NCBI GenBank assembly: GCA_039933985.1
Contig: JBDTNA010000001.1
Span: 1-49,564, forward strand
Direction: 5' to 3'
Origin: Gemmatimonadales bacterium
GTDB taxonomy: Bacteria; Gemmatimonadota; Gemmatimonadetes; Gemmatimonadales; Gemmatimonadaceae
DNA length: 49,564 nt
A program made the translations under genes and the position numbers. The notes below the pieces were generated by a model. It saw only the letters and a program-made list of their open reading frames with translations. It was not told where the DNA came from and did not search any database. Below, piece after piece: positions 1 to 9,735 of this stretch. Each line of letters starts with the position of its first letter. Within the stretch, counting starts at the first letter, position 1.

Positions 1-2
1 CA

Positions 3-752
3 TTTCAGCCTCAGCGCGCTCCTTTTCCCTCAGAGACGGGCATTCCGCGCGTCGATTACACAGCAACCGACGGGCAAAAGCTTTTCGCGTACATCATCGG
101 AGATCCGTCTCGGACGCCGGGACTTCTGATCGCCTTTCATGGAAATGCCGACCTTGCTATCCGACAGGTCGACTGGGCAAAAGAAGTCGTTCGTCGTACC
201 GGCATTGTGGTGATGGTTGTCGAGTATCGCGGATACATGGGGCTCGAAGGCAAGCCTACATATGAGAGCTCACGTCTCGATGCCGAGGCAGCATACCGGT
301 TTGCAACCGATAGCCTGCAGGTTCTGCCGCGTAACATCGCATTCTTCGGACATTCGCTCGGAACTGCTATCGCGACTGAGCTGGCCGTACGTCACGAGCC
401 CGCTGCACTCGTTCTTCAGTCGCCATTTACATCCGCGCGTGAAATGTCCGGGATTATCATCGGCCGACGGCCCGCTGATCTTACATGGAACATTGTTTCG
501 CGGCTTCACTTCGATACCCAGACAAACGTTGGATCCTTGAACACGCCTGTGTCGGTCGCTCACGGAAATGATGACCGGCTTATTCCATCTCGAATGGGTC
601 AGAGCGTATTTGACGCCGCCAAGGTCAAGGGTGGCTGGCTGCTCGTTCGCGGCGGATCGCACAACGACGTTGAGCAGCGAGGTGGCGAGGCTTATTGGAG
701 CTGGCTTGTCGGCGCACTCGAGCCGCTCCACGACAAGGCAGAAGTTCGATAA
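3..752 (+). CDS. Alpha/beta hydrolase (BEM46/ABHD17-like), 5'-truncated by the window edge
   Basis: Frame is open from position 3 (FQPQRAPF...FHGNAD...EYRGY); GHSLG nucleophile elbow, HGNDD and GSHND acid/His motifs. Confidence 0.85.
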   Translation, partial: FQPQRAPFPSETGIPRVDYTATDGQKLFAYIIGDPSRTPGLLIAFHGNADLAIRQVDWAKEVVRRTGIVVMVVEYRGYMGLEGKPTYESSRLDAEAAYRFATDSLQVLPRNIAFFGHSLGTAIATELAVRHEPAALVLQSPFTSAREMSGIIIGRRPADLTWNIVSRLHFDTQTNVGSLNTPVSVAHGNDDRLIPSRMGQSVFDAAKVKGGWLLVRGGSHNDVEQRGGEAYWSWLVGALEPLHDKAEVR

Positions 753-754
753 AA

Positions 755-787
755 CAGAAAGGCCCGGAGATAATCCGGGCCTTTCTG
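755..787. terminator. Bidirectional intrinsic terminator
   Basis: Perfect 14-bp inverted repeat cagaaaggcccgga-gataa-tccgggcctttctg between convergent genes. Confidence 0.8.
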
Positions 788-806
788 CAATCGGTAGTTC
801 AGAAAA

Positions 807-2255
807 TCACGGCGAAATCGGCTGGCCGAAGAAGTCGCGAACCTGAATCGGACCTGCGTTCACCGCCTTGAGGCCGGCTTCGATGCTCTTCCTGTCTCCC
901 ACAATGACAATTGCGAGGTTCGCGGGATCTATGTACTGCTTCGCAACCCTTTGCACGTCTGCCTGTGTGATGTTCTCGATATTCGACACGTATCCGTTGT
1001 AGTAGTCGAGAGGCAACCCGTAGAGCGCAACTGGAACCAGCTGGCCAGCAATCTGCTGAGTCGTTTCGAAATCGCTCGGCATTCCCAGCTGCAGGTATCT
1101 CTTTGCCTTGTTGAGCTCGACCGACGGAACCGTATCGCGGATTGCGTTGAGCTCCTTCATGAATTCAACGAGACCCGAGTCCGTCTTTGCTGCGACGACT
1201 TCTGCAGACGCTGTAAACGGGCCGGCTGACTGACGCATGTCGAAACGCGAGCGCGCTCCGTAGGTGTAGCCGTGCGTCTCACGCAGATTCTGCATGAGTC
1301 TGCTCGTAAATGAGCCACCAAGAATGGTGTTCATCACGTTGAGCGCGAAATAATCCCTGGTCGACCGCGGAACGCCGATTGACCCGATGCGAAAGGAAGA
1401 TTGCGCTGCGCCAGGCTTGTCTATCAGGTACACCGTTGTCGTCGCGGCCTTTGGAGCGCTGCCGAACGAGAATGGCGTGACGTTGCCACGCTGCCAGCCG
1501 CCAAAGAGAGCGCTGATTTTTTGTTCAACCTGCGCCGGTGTTACATCGCCTACCACAATGAGCGTGGCGTTGTTCGGTACGAAGTTCGTCCGGTAGAACG
1601 ACTGAAGGTCTGCCGTCGTCATTCCCGAGACCGATGCTTCGTTTCCGATCAGGTTGTGCCCATATGGATGCTGCGATCCATACAGAATCGACGCATAGGC
1701 CTGATCGGCGATTGCGGTCGGACGATCCTTCAGCTGAACGAGATTGGTCAGTCTGTTCTTCTTTACCCTCTCAAAATCCTCGGCCGGGAACGAGGGACGG
1801 AGCGTAACATCGGCAAACAGTGCCAGTGCACTGTCGAGCTGCGAAGTCGGTGTGTGAAGACTCAGCGTCGTCGCATCCCAACTGCTGTTCGCTCCTAGGT
1901 TGATTCCGAGAAATGCAAGCTGGTCGGAGATCTGAAGACTGTTTCGCGTTGTCGTGCCTTCGGTAAGCATCGACGCCGTGAGGTTTGCAATTCCGCCCTT
2001 CGCTGCGGGATCGGTAGTTCCACCGCTTCCGACAACCAGAACGAAGTCGGCGAGTGGCAGCTCATGCTGCTCGACAATCATCAGCTTGAGCCCATTGGAC
2101 AGCTGACGCGTTACAATCGGCGGCAGAGCAACCTTCGGTGGCGGGCCAAGCGTCGGAACCTTGGTGCGATCGAGCGTTCCTTGAGCCGTGCTCACAGCGG
2201 GTACGAGCAGAAGCGCCGCCAGCGCCATTCCGGTTTTCATGCGCTGCGTTCTCAT
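807..2255 (-). CDS. M16 (pitrilysin-family) peptidase, non-catalytic subunit, secreted
   Basis: Signal peptide; M16 fold lacking HxxEH; SRL..LRETHGYTY R/Y motif; ATGA overlap with the upstream subunit. Confidence 0.85.
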   Translation of the reverse strand: MRTQRMKTGMALAALLLVPAVSTAQGTLDRTKVPTLGPPPKVALPPIVTRQLSNGLKLMIVEQHELPLADFVLVVGSGGTTDPAAKGGIANLTASMLTEGTTTRNSLQISDQLAFLGINLGANSSWDATTLSLHTPTSQLDSALALFADVTLRPSFPAEDFERVKKNRLTNLVQLKDRPTAIADQAYASILYGSQHPYGHNLIGNEASVSGMTTADLQSFYRTNFVPNNATLIVVGDVTPAQVEQKISALFGGWQRGNVTPFSFGSAPKAATTTVYLIDKPGAAQSSFRIGSIGVPRSTRDYFALNVMNTILGGSFTSRLMQNLRETHGYTYGARSRFDMRQSAGPFTASAEVVAAKTDSGLVEFMKELNAIRDTVPSVELNKAKRYLQLGMPSDFETTQQIAGQLVPVALYGLPLDYYNGYVSNIENITQADVQRVAKQYIDPANLAIVIVGDRKSIEAGLKAVNAGPIQVRDFFGQPISP

Positions 2256-3625
2256 TCGCCACCTCCGTTTGCCTTCAGACTCATTTCAAGCTTTCCCTCG
2301 GGTACCACGGTGAGGACAACCTTGTGTCCGCCGAGGTAGGTTTTTGCAACGCGCTGTACGTCAGCCGGTGTGACTGCGTCGTAGCGCGCGGCATCCTGCT
2401 GCACATAGTCGGCATTGCCGGCCATGTAGTTGTAACTGCCAAGGGTGCCCGCTTTACCGAGCACGCTGGAAAGACGGTTGAGGAAGTTCGAGCGGATGGA
2501 GTTCTGCACGCGCTTTAACTCACGATCGCTGATCGGCTCGTTCATGACTTTGTCGAGCTCTTCCTTGAGCACCTTATCTATCGCGATGAGACTCTGACCC
2601 GGCTTCGGGGTGATGTCTATCTCGAAACGCCCCGCGAGCTTACTCGACTGCTGCGATGCAAAAACGTTTTGCGCCACCTGCATGTCGTAGACAAGCCTCT
2701 TGTACAAGCGTGAGTTCTTGCCGCTTGCCAGGACTGCTGAGAGAACGTCCAGAGCTGCATCGTCCTTGTCATAGATCTTCACTGTCGGCCAGTCGTAGAA
2801 CGCTCTTGGCAGCTGAACCTTGTCCTCGAGGACCATGAACGTGTCCTTCGCGAGCTTCACGGGAGCGACGTTAGGCCTTGCCGGCATTGCTGGTCCGCGC
2901 GGAATCGCGCCGAAATAGAGCTGCACCAGCCGTTTTGCTTCTGCGGGCACAAAATCACCGGCGATGATGAGCGTCGCATTGTTCGGCGCGTAGTACGTCT
3001 TGAAGAAATTGCTGACGTCTCCTACCGAGGCGGCCCCGAGATCGGCCATCGATCCGATGACAGACCACGAATAGGGATGTCCCTTCGGATAGAGCGCCGC
3101 GAGGATCATCTCGTCGCCGCGTCCATAGGGAACGTTGTCCACACGCTCACGACGTTCGTTCTTCACGACTTCGCGCTGAAGATCGAGCTTGGCCTTGTCC
3201 ATCGTCGGCAACAGGAATCCCATTCGATCTGCGTCGAGCCAGAGAGCGAGCGGAAGCGCATTCGACGGAAGGCTTTCGTAGTAGTCCGTACGGTCTTCTG
3301 TCGTCGAGCCGTTATTGTCGGCGCCTGCCGCTTCGAGCTCCTTGTCGAACAGGCCGACCGGCACGTTCTGCGACCCCATGAACATGATGTGCTCGAAAAG
3401 GTGCGCGAAGCCGGTGCGGCCTGGCTTCTCATCCCCTGAGCCCACCTTGTACCAGGTGTAGACAGTGATGATCGGGGTCGAATGATCCTCGTGGAGGATT
3501 ACCTCGAGCCCGTTCGGAAGGGTGTACTTGTCGAACTTGATCTTCGGCACTGCCTGCGCGTTCGCAGACACAGCCGCTACGCCGGCAATTAAGTAACTAA
3601 TCGCTACTAATAGTCCTCGTCTCAC
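2252..3625 (-). CDS. M16 zinc peptidase, catalytic subunit, secreted
   Basis: GFAHLFEH (HxxEH) and VVKNERR motifs; likely GTG start at 3625 overlapping the upstream stop (GTGA); signal peptide. Confidence 0.88.
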   Translation of the reverse strand: MRRGLLVAISYLIAGVAAVSANAQAVPKIKFDKYTLPNGLEVILHEDHSTPIITVYTWYKVGSGDEKPGRTGFAHLFEHIMFMGSQNVPVGLFDKELEAAGADNNGSTTEDRTDYYESLPSNALPLALWLDADRMGFLLPTMDKAKLDLQREVVKNERRERVDNVPYGRGDEMILAALYPKGHPYSWSVIGSMADLGAASVGDVSNFFKTYYAPNNATLIIAGDFVPAEAKRLVQLYFGAIPRGPAMPARPNVAPVKLAKDTFMVLEDKVQLPRAFYDWPTVKIYDKDDAALDVLSAVLASGKNSRLYKRLVYDMQVAQNVFASQQSSKLAGRFEIDITPKPGQSLIAIDKVLKEELDKVMNEPISDRELKRVQNSIRSNFLNRLSSVLGKAGTLGSYNYMAGNADYVQQDAARYDAVTPADVQRVAKTYLGGHKVVLTVVPEGKLEMSLKANGGGE

Positions 3626-4227
3626 TTTTTCCTCTCGAATAGAAATGCCAATGGTGCCTTTATCGATTCGCCCAGCATGTACCGCCACCGCTTTTCCCGA
3701 TTAGGCGAGATCGGGCTGGTTCGTGTGGGAGACGTGTACGTCGTAAGACCGAACCGCCTCCCCGTTATTGACAACCGAAGCATGTGAAATGGATCGCTCA
3801 CAAGTATCACTGAAGTGATACCCCTGGTCCCAAGAGTGTCCGCCACAGCAAGCATCGACTCCCGGGTTGTTCTTCCCTTCGTTTCCAGGAGGATCGCACT
3901 ATCCGGTACACCGTGTTTCCTTGCGTAGCTCCGTCCAACTTCGGCTTCGCTTGTGGTATCACCATAGGCCTGCCCGCCGGTGAAAACGATCACTTTTCCC
4001 AACCGGCGGTTCCACAGGTCGATTGCGTGGTCGAGCCGAGCTCTCAGCACTGGTGACGGCTTTCCGTCGTACTGTGCCGCGCCAAGAACCACGATAGACC
4101 CAGCCGGTTGTGCCTGATCGATCGAGCTCCACACGACGACCGCCGCCATCCACCCCGCCCAGAACACAAGGGTGCCGAGGAAGGCACTCACGATGATTCG
4201 TCCAATTGCCTTCACAACCCGGAGCAT
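3622..4227 (-). CDS. YdcF/ElyC/SanA (DUF218) family membrane protein
   Basis: N-terminal TM helix; IVVLGA, RLDHA, TGG, SEAE, TTRES, VSDPFHMLR motifs. Confidence 0.88.
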   Translation of the reverse strand: MLRVVKAIGRIIVSAFLGTLVFWAGWMAAVVVWSSIDQAQPAGSIVVLGAAQYDGKPSPVLRARLDHAIDLWNRRLGKVIVFTGGQAYGDTTSEAEVGRSYARKHGVPDSAILLETKGRTTRESMLAVADTLGTRGITSVILVSDPFHMLRLSITGRRFGLTTYTSPTRTSPISPNREKRWRYMLGESIKAPLAFLFERKK

Positions 4228-4240
4228 CCCCTGAAAATAC

Positions 4241-5623
4241 TTAGAACGAAACCCGGGTGTGTGGTTCCGGACAGGCTACGGTGTACCCCTTTGAGGCAAG
4301 GCTCGTGCGGTACTCATCCTGAACGTCACGTTCGCCATGTACGAGCCACACAGGCCCGAGGCGCGGTGAAGACGCTTTCACCTTGCCGAGCCACGCCGTC
4401 AGTTCGGTGCGGTCCGCATGCGCACTGTACCCGTTGATCACTTCCACCTGCGCTCGCAGTGGAATCTCATCGCCAAATATCTTGATGACCGGTGATCGCT
4501 CAACGATCCGGCGCCCCAGCGTATGCTCCGCCTGGAAGCCTACAATTAGAATCGTATTCCGCGGATCACTCGCTCCATTCGCGAGATGATGAAGAATCCG
4601 ACCGGCCTCCATCATCCCTGATGCCGCGATAACGACCATCGGGCCTTTTGCGCTGTTGATCGCCTTCGACTCTTCAACATCGCGAGTGAAGTGCAGGAGC
4701 GGGAAGTCGAATATCTCCTTGACCCGTTTGACCATCTCTTCTGACTGGTCGTACGTCTCCGGGTGCAGCTGGAACACGGTGGTCGTATCGATCGCCAGCG
4801 GGCTGTCTACATAGACAGGAATCGCGGGAATTGCCCCTTCGCGCAGAAGCGAGTGAAGACTGTAGAGCATTTCCTGCGTGCGGCCCACCGCAAAGGCTGG
4901 TATCAGAATTCGGCCGCCGCGCGCTGCTGTCGTTCGAATTACCTCGGCGAGATGTGCTCGCGCGCCGTCAATCGATTCATGATCACGGTTGCCGTACGTT
5001 GACTCCATGATCACCGCATCTGCATCGGGAGGCGGAACCGGATCGCGAATGATCGCCAGTCCTGACCGTCCGACATCACCCGAGAAAACAAGCCTCTTCG
5101 TCACGCCCCCTTCGGTGCAGTCGAGGATGACCGATGCCGAGCCAAGTATGTGTCCGGCGTCGACGTAAGTACCAATCACCCCGGGAACGACATCGAATGG
5201 TTTATTGTAGGGAACTCCAACCATCAGCTCCATGGTACGGACCGCATGCCGCATTCCGTACAGGGGCTCAACGAATTCCTTGTGCCTTTTCGCAAGGAAC
5301 TCCGCGTCCTTCTCCTGGATATGTGCCGAGTCGGCGAGCATTACCGCGCAGAGGTCGCGAGTGGCGGCGGTTGACCAGATCGTTTTGCTGTATCCGTTCG
5401 CTATCAGAAACGGAAGCCGGCCCGAATGGTCTATGTGAGCATGTGAAAGCACCACCGCATCGAGCTCCGCAATCGGAAGCGGAAGAGCCCTGTTCTTCTC
5501 GGCCGATTCACTCCGTTTTCCCTGAAACATCCCGCAATCCAGAGCAACCGTGTGTCCGTTGACGTGGAGCAGGTGGCATGAGCCCGTGACTTCACGGGCC
5601 GCGCCTATGAATGTGATTTCCAA
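4241..5623 (-). CDS. Metallo-beta-lactamase/beta-CASP ribonuclease (Ysh1/TTHA0252-like)
   Basis: GAAREVTGS, SHAHIDHSG, AGHILGS, MESTYG, PAFAVGRTQE, YSAHAD motifs; TTG start. Confidence 0.9.
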   Translation of the reverse strand: MEITFIGAAREVTGSCHLLHVNGHTVALDCGMFQGKRSESAEKNRALPLPIAELDAVVLSHAHIDHSGRLPFLIANGYSKTIWSTAATRDLCAVMLADSAHIQEKDAEFLAKRHKEFVEPLYGMRHAVRTMELMVGVPYNKPFDVVPGVIGTYVDAGHILGSASVILDCTEGGVTKRLVFSGDVGRSGLAIIRDPVPPPDADAVIMESTYGNRDHESIDGARAHLAEVIRTTAARGGRILIPAFAVGRTQEMLYSLHSLLREGAIPAIPVYVDSPLAIDTTTVFQLHPETYDQSEEMVKRVKEIFDFPLLHFTRDVEESKAINSAKGPMVVIAASGMMEAGRILHHLANGASDPRNTILIVGFQAEHTLGRRIVERSPVIKIFGDEIPLRAQVEVINGYSAHADRTELTAWLGKVKASSPRLGPVWLVHGERDVQDEYRTSLASKGYTVACPEPHTRVSF

Positions 5624-5629
5624 TTTTGA

Positions 5630-5806
5630 TTAGCCCTCGGCTACTGCGCTTCGCGAGAAAAGGATCGTCAGGCGTTGTTCATCCTGAGACATGAGCGCCG
5701 GCTCCCACCCACCGCGGCTCCGTTCGTTGAGGAGATCGGTCAGAGTGTCTTCATCTTCGCGTGTGTGTCTCGTGAGCTTGACCACGACGGCCTGATATTC
5801 TTTCAT
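5630..5806 (-). CDS. Small 58-aa protein, DUF4177-like (not in the ORF track)
   Basis: Hand translation MKEYQAVVVKLTRHTREDEDTLTDLLNERSRGGWEPALMSQDEQRLTILFSRSAVAEG*; EY...LN...GWE...F.R pattern; stop 6 nt before the beta-CASP gene start. Confidence 0.7.
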   Translation of the reverse strand: MKEYQAVVVKLTRHTREDEDTLTDLLNERSRGGWEPALMSQDEQRLTILFSRSAVAEG

Positions 5807-5895
5807 GCAGACGGGAAGCGAAGATATGTTTCGGCGGGCATTCGTATCTTCAGGTGGTAATTACAGCGCGATTCACAGTGGGTGAAACCTGAAAA

Positions 5896-6546
5896 ATGAT
5901 TGAACAGACAGCTGAATTTCCGACGCTGACAATTATCCGGCATCCTCTCGTTCAGCACAAGCTGACCATACTGCGCGATCGCGAGACTCCGACGAAGATT
6001 TTCAAGGAGCTCGTTGACGAGATTGCAATGCTCATGGCCTACGAAGCCACGATCGATCTAACGGTCGAGCCAATGGACGTTCAAACGCCGCTCGAGCCGA
6101 CCGTTGGAAGACACATAAGCGGCAAGAAGCTCACCCTGGTCCCCATCCTTCGCGCCGGACTTGGCATGGTCGAAGGAATTCTGCGCCTGGTTCCCGCTGC
6201 ACGGGTTGGACACATCGGACTCTACAGAGATCACGAAACGCTTCAGCCGGTTGATTACTACTTCAAGATCCCGGGCGATGTGGCTGAACGTGATTTCTTT
6301 GTGCTCGATCCAATGCTCGCGACTGGAGGCAGCGCCGCTGCGGCCGTTGACTCACTGAAGCGGGCGGGAGCGACTCGTATCCGTTTTCTCTGCCTGGTTG
6401 CGGCACCCGATGGAGTCAGGCGTCTCTCTCAGGCGCATCCCGACGTGCAGATCTATTGTGCTGCTCTCGACCGAGAGCTGAATGATCAGGGGTACATTCT
6501 TCCCGGTCTGGGAGACGCAGGCGACAGATTGTTCGGCACTCGCTAG
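5896..6546 (+). CDS. upp: Uracil phosphoribosyltransferase
   Basis: [43 protein letters not shown]. Confidence 0.97.
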   Translation: MIEQTAEFPTLTIIRHPLVQHKLTILRDRETPTKIFKELVDEIAMLMAYEATIDLTVEPMDVQTPLEPTVGRHISGKKLTLVPILRAGLGMVEGILRLVPAARVGHIGLYRDHETLQPVDYYFKIPGDVAERDFFVLDPMLATGGSAAAAVDSLKRAGATRIRFLCLVAAPDGVRRLSQAHPDVQIYCAALDRELNDQGYILPGLGDAGDRLFGTR

Positions 6547-6561
6547 CGCGCCACTCCGTTC

Positions 6562-7212
6562 CTACCCGAACCACTCCTGCGGATCGGTACGCTGCTGTTC
6601 TGCGGCCGCAACAACCCAGTGCTGTGAGTTGTCGTCCATGATTTCATCAGAAACTCGATCAAACCAGTCAGATGATTGGCGCAGATCGCCAATTCGTCTC
6701 CAGAGCTCTCCGACCAGATAGGTAAGTACGCCGCGTTCGTCGGCTGGCACTCCGTCATACTTGCTCAGCGCGCGCTCGAACATCCACGCTGCATGCCGCC
6801 GGAAGTACCGCTCTGCTTCGGTATCGCCTTCATCCACGCAGCACCACGCGGCCCGCAGAAGAAGATCCGCGATATTCCGTTCATCGACTCCTTGCCATTC
6901 GGCAACCTTTGCCGCGGCCTCGTATTTCCCCGATCCGGTCGAGGCAAGCGAGACGCATGGGGCAAGCTCATTGAGAACGTGCTCCTTCAGAAGCGGACTG
7001 ACTTCTGCTTCGTGATTGAAGTCCCGTTCACCGCCTGAGTAGCCACACTCGCTACACATGTGAATGAGATAGGCCAGCGGCTGAGTACCTGCAGCTCGCT
7101 CGTGGAAGTCCGTGCGCTTTCCTCCGAAGGCGTTGGTAGTGACTACCGCCTGCGAATGAAAGCTGTTTCCGCAGATTGGACAACTGAGCTCGATCTGGCG
7201 CAACGTCGTCAT
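6562..7212 (-). CDS. DUF2225-like protein (Zn ribbon plus TPR-like helices)
   Basis: CPIC and CSECGY pairs, LRAAW, YLVGELWRRIG; SD GAGGG before ATG. Confidence 0.75.
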   Translation of the reverse strand: MTTLRQIELSCPICGNSFHSQAVVTTNAFGGKRTDFHERAAGTQPLAYLIHMCSECGYSGGERDFNHEAEVSPLLKEHVLNELAPCVSLASTGSGKYEAAAKVAEWQGVDERNIADLLLRAAWCCVDEGDTEAERYFRRHAAWMFERALSKYDGVPADERGVLTYLVGELWRRIGDLRQSSDWFDRVSDEIMDDNSQHWVVAAAEQQRTDPQEWFG

Positions 7213-7372
7213 GGTACCCTCTGTAACGACTCCCGGATTTCAAGGAGAGGGAATTTTTGTGCCATGATTTTTTTTGATGAGCGGGATTATCGCTCTTGTT
7301 GGAAATTTCTGGCCAGCGTATTTTCTCGCATCCGATGAGCGCGCCGCGCTCCACTTCCTACCGTGAACCTGG

Positions 7373-8317
7373 TTGTTGATGCTGATCAACCTGCTGCCCG
7401 ATTTCTTCGCAGTCCTGAACAGCACCGATCGCATCGCGGCATATGGCCGCTACTTCGACAACCACCGCAGTCTCCTTGAAGCCTACTGGGCGAATTACGT
7501 AGTCGAGCCTGATAGCCCGCATTTTTCCGAAGTTGTGAAATCTGCTGCGCTGGCCGGCCGCACTGATCTAAGAACGATGCTCGAGAGAATGGACGTCGTC
7601 AGTCTCGCGAGAAACGCCGAGGACCAGTGCCGCTCACTGCTGGAAATAGATTCGGACGTCGACGTGGTGCTCATGGTGGGAGTCGGCGCCGCGAATGCTG
7701 GCGAGCTTGTCGTGAACGGCCGCGCTGTAGCCTTCGTCTGTCTCGAGCACTTCACCAGCGTCGCAAATCCTGAGACACGCGGGCTTGGCCTCGACCCGGA
7801 ATTGATTCCACTGTGGCTGTCACATGAGATCGCTCACGGTGTCCGCTATACCTCGCCAGCGAGCAGAAGCGAGATGCGTACGATCATCGACGAGAACAAC
7901 GGCTACTACTCGTACTGGGAGACTGGAAAGCGGACGTCACTCCGCGAGCTTCTGATCAACGAGGGAATCGCAGTACAGGTCTCGCGAATGATCAGCCCGG
8001 GACATGCGTCCTGGGAGTACTACGGCTATGATCGGCGCGAGTATGCTCGCATCCGCGAGATGGGTCCGGTAGTGGCGCGGTCTCTGATCGGCAGCTTCGA
8101 GAAAACCGGCCTGGGCCTGCGGCTCAAGTATCTCTCCGATGGAATGAGCGAAGATGCGCGTCGCATCGGTGACTATGTCGTTCCCGACCGATGCGGCTAT
8201 TACATCGGCGCCCAGATGGTCGAACAGGCATTGCTCACCAAGGGAGCTGCATGGACCGTTCGTGCCAGTGCCTTGGAGATTGCGGCCGTATCAGGAGAGG
8301 CTGCAGCTTCAGCCTGA
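7373..8317 (+). CDS. Putative Zn-dependent protease (DUF2268-like gluzincin)
   Basis: HEIAH followed by INEG third-ligand motif and a C-terminal GYYIG motif. Confidence 0.65.
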   Translation: MLMLINLLPDFFAVLNSTDRIAAYGRYFDNHRSLLEAYWANYVVEPDSPHFSEVVKSAALAGRTDLRTMLERMDVVSLARNAEDQCRSLLEIDSDVDVVLMVGVGAANAGELVVNGRAVAFVCLEHFTSVANPETRGLGLDPELIPLWLSHEIAHGVRYTSPASRSEMRTIIDENNGYYSYWETGKRTSLRELLINEGIAVQVSRMISPGHASWEYYGYDRREYARIREMGPVVARSLIGSFEKTGLGLRLKYLSDGMSEDARRIGDYVVPDRCGYYIGAQMVEQALLTKGAAWTVRASALEIAAVSGEAAASA

Positions 8318-8326
8318 CGGCCCGCT

Positions 8327-9733
8327 CTACTTCCCCACACAAAAAGAGCTGAATACACGGTCGAGCACATCGTCCGTACTTATCGCACCGATCAGTCCCT
8401 CGAGTGCAGTTATGGCTGCCCGCAGATGAACCGCAGCAACCGGAGCTGGTAGCGCGTCGCTGTCCCACGCTTCACCAAATGCCGCAATCTCGGCACGCGC
8501 CTGATGAATTCCGCGGATGTGCCGGCTTCGCGTCAGTACCGGCATATCGGCAACGACGGAGCCGGCGGTGGCCGTGAGAATCTGATCCACTCTTGACATC
8601 AGCAGGTCAAGCCCTTTACCAGTCTCGGAACTCACCTGCACGTCATATGTCGAAGCCGCCAACGCGCCTGATGTTGCTTCCGATTCGAGATCGCTCTTCG
8701 TTCTGACGCGAACGACCGGCGCAGTAGTTCTTCCTGCCAGCGCCGATAGAGTTGCTGACAGTGCTTCTTCACTGTCTCCACAGGCAAGTACCACGTTGGC
8801 CCATTGGAGATATCTCTCGCTTACTTCGATTCCGATTTTTTCGACGGTATCTTCGGTCTCTCGGAGTCCGGCTGTATCCACAAGTCGAACCGGCCAGTTT
8901 TGCGTTTCGACAACGCCTTCGATTGCATCACGCGTAGTTCCCGGAATGTCTGTAACTATCGCACGGGATTGGCCGAGAATGGAGTTGAAAAGCGAGGATT
9001 TTCCTACATTGGTCCGGCCGGCAATCACGACAATCGCCCCTTCCCGAATCATCTCACCCACGGGTACGGTCGCCAATAATGCATCGAGAGAGATCAAAAG
9101 CATTTCGACTTCAGTACTTACTTTCTCTCTCGAAATTGGACCGTCATCTTCTTCGGGAAAGTCAATGTCGTACGCGATCAGCGACTCGACCGAGATCAAG
9201 CTGCTTCGCAAAGAAGAGATCCGCCTCGCCAATCCACCATCGAGCTGACCGAGAGCTACCCGATGCATTGCCCTCGATCGCGCATCGATCAGATCACCAA
9301 TTGCTTCCGCCTGGGTGATGTCGAGTTTTCCGTTGAGAACTGCTCTTCGGCTGAACTCGCCCGGGAGCGCCTGCCTTGCTCCACACGCGATCAGAGATTC
9401 CATGATCACGGCCGGCACATAAAGACCTCCGTGCCCTGAGATCTCGACGAGATTTTCCCCCGTAAATGACTCCGGCGCGACAAACGCTGTAACCAGAGCC
9501 TGGTCGAGAGTTTGACTGCGATCCGAATTCGAGATCGTGCATAGCGTCGACCGCCGGGGCTCAATTGGCCATGGACGAATTATTCGCTGCGCAATGTTCA
9601 ACGCATCAGGGCCGCTGATGCGAACCACCGACAGCGCGCTTCGTCCTGCGGGCGTTGCAAGCGCGACAATCGTATCCAGCCCTCCTGTCATGCTCTCTGA
9701 CAAAGACATCACCGGCTTGATGTCTGAGCTCAC
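8327..9733 (-). CDS. mnmE: tRNA modification GTPase MnmE
   Basis: DTIVALAT, GEFSRRAVLNGK, GRTNVGKSS, GTTRD, DTAG, C-terminal FCVGK. Confidence 0.97.
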   Translation of the reverse strand: MSSDIKPVMSLSESMTGGLDTIVALATPAGRSALSVVRISGPDALNIAQRIIRPWPIEPRRSTLCTISNSDRSQTLDQALVTAFVAPESFTGENLVEISGHGGLYVPAVIMESLIACGARQALPGEFSRRAVLNGKLDITQAEAIGDLIDARSRAMHRVALGQLDGGLARRISSLRSSLISVESLIAYDIDFPEEDDGPISREKVSTEVEMLLISLDALLATVPVGEMIREGAIVVIAGRTNVGKSSLFNSILGQSRAIVTDIPGTTRDAIEGVVETQNWPVRLVDTAGLRETEDTVEKIGIEVSERYLQWANVVLACGDSEEALSATLSALAGRTTAPVVRVRTKSDLESEATSGALAASTYDVQVSSETGKGLDLLMSRVDQILTATAGSVVADMPVLTRSRHIRGIHQARAEIAAFGEAWDSDALPAPVAAVHLRAAITALEGLIGAISTDDVLDRVFSSFCVGK

Positions 9734-9735
9734 AG

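Noticed and set aside
5675-5860. 61-aa plus-strand ORF
   Set aside because: Antisense shadow of the better-supported 58-aa minus-strand gene
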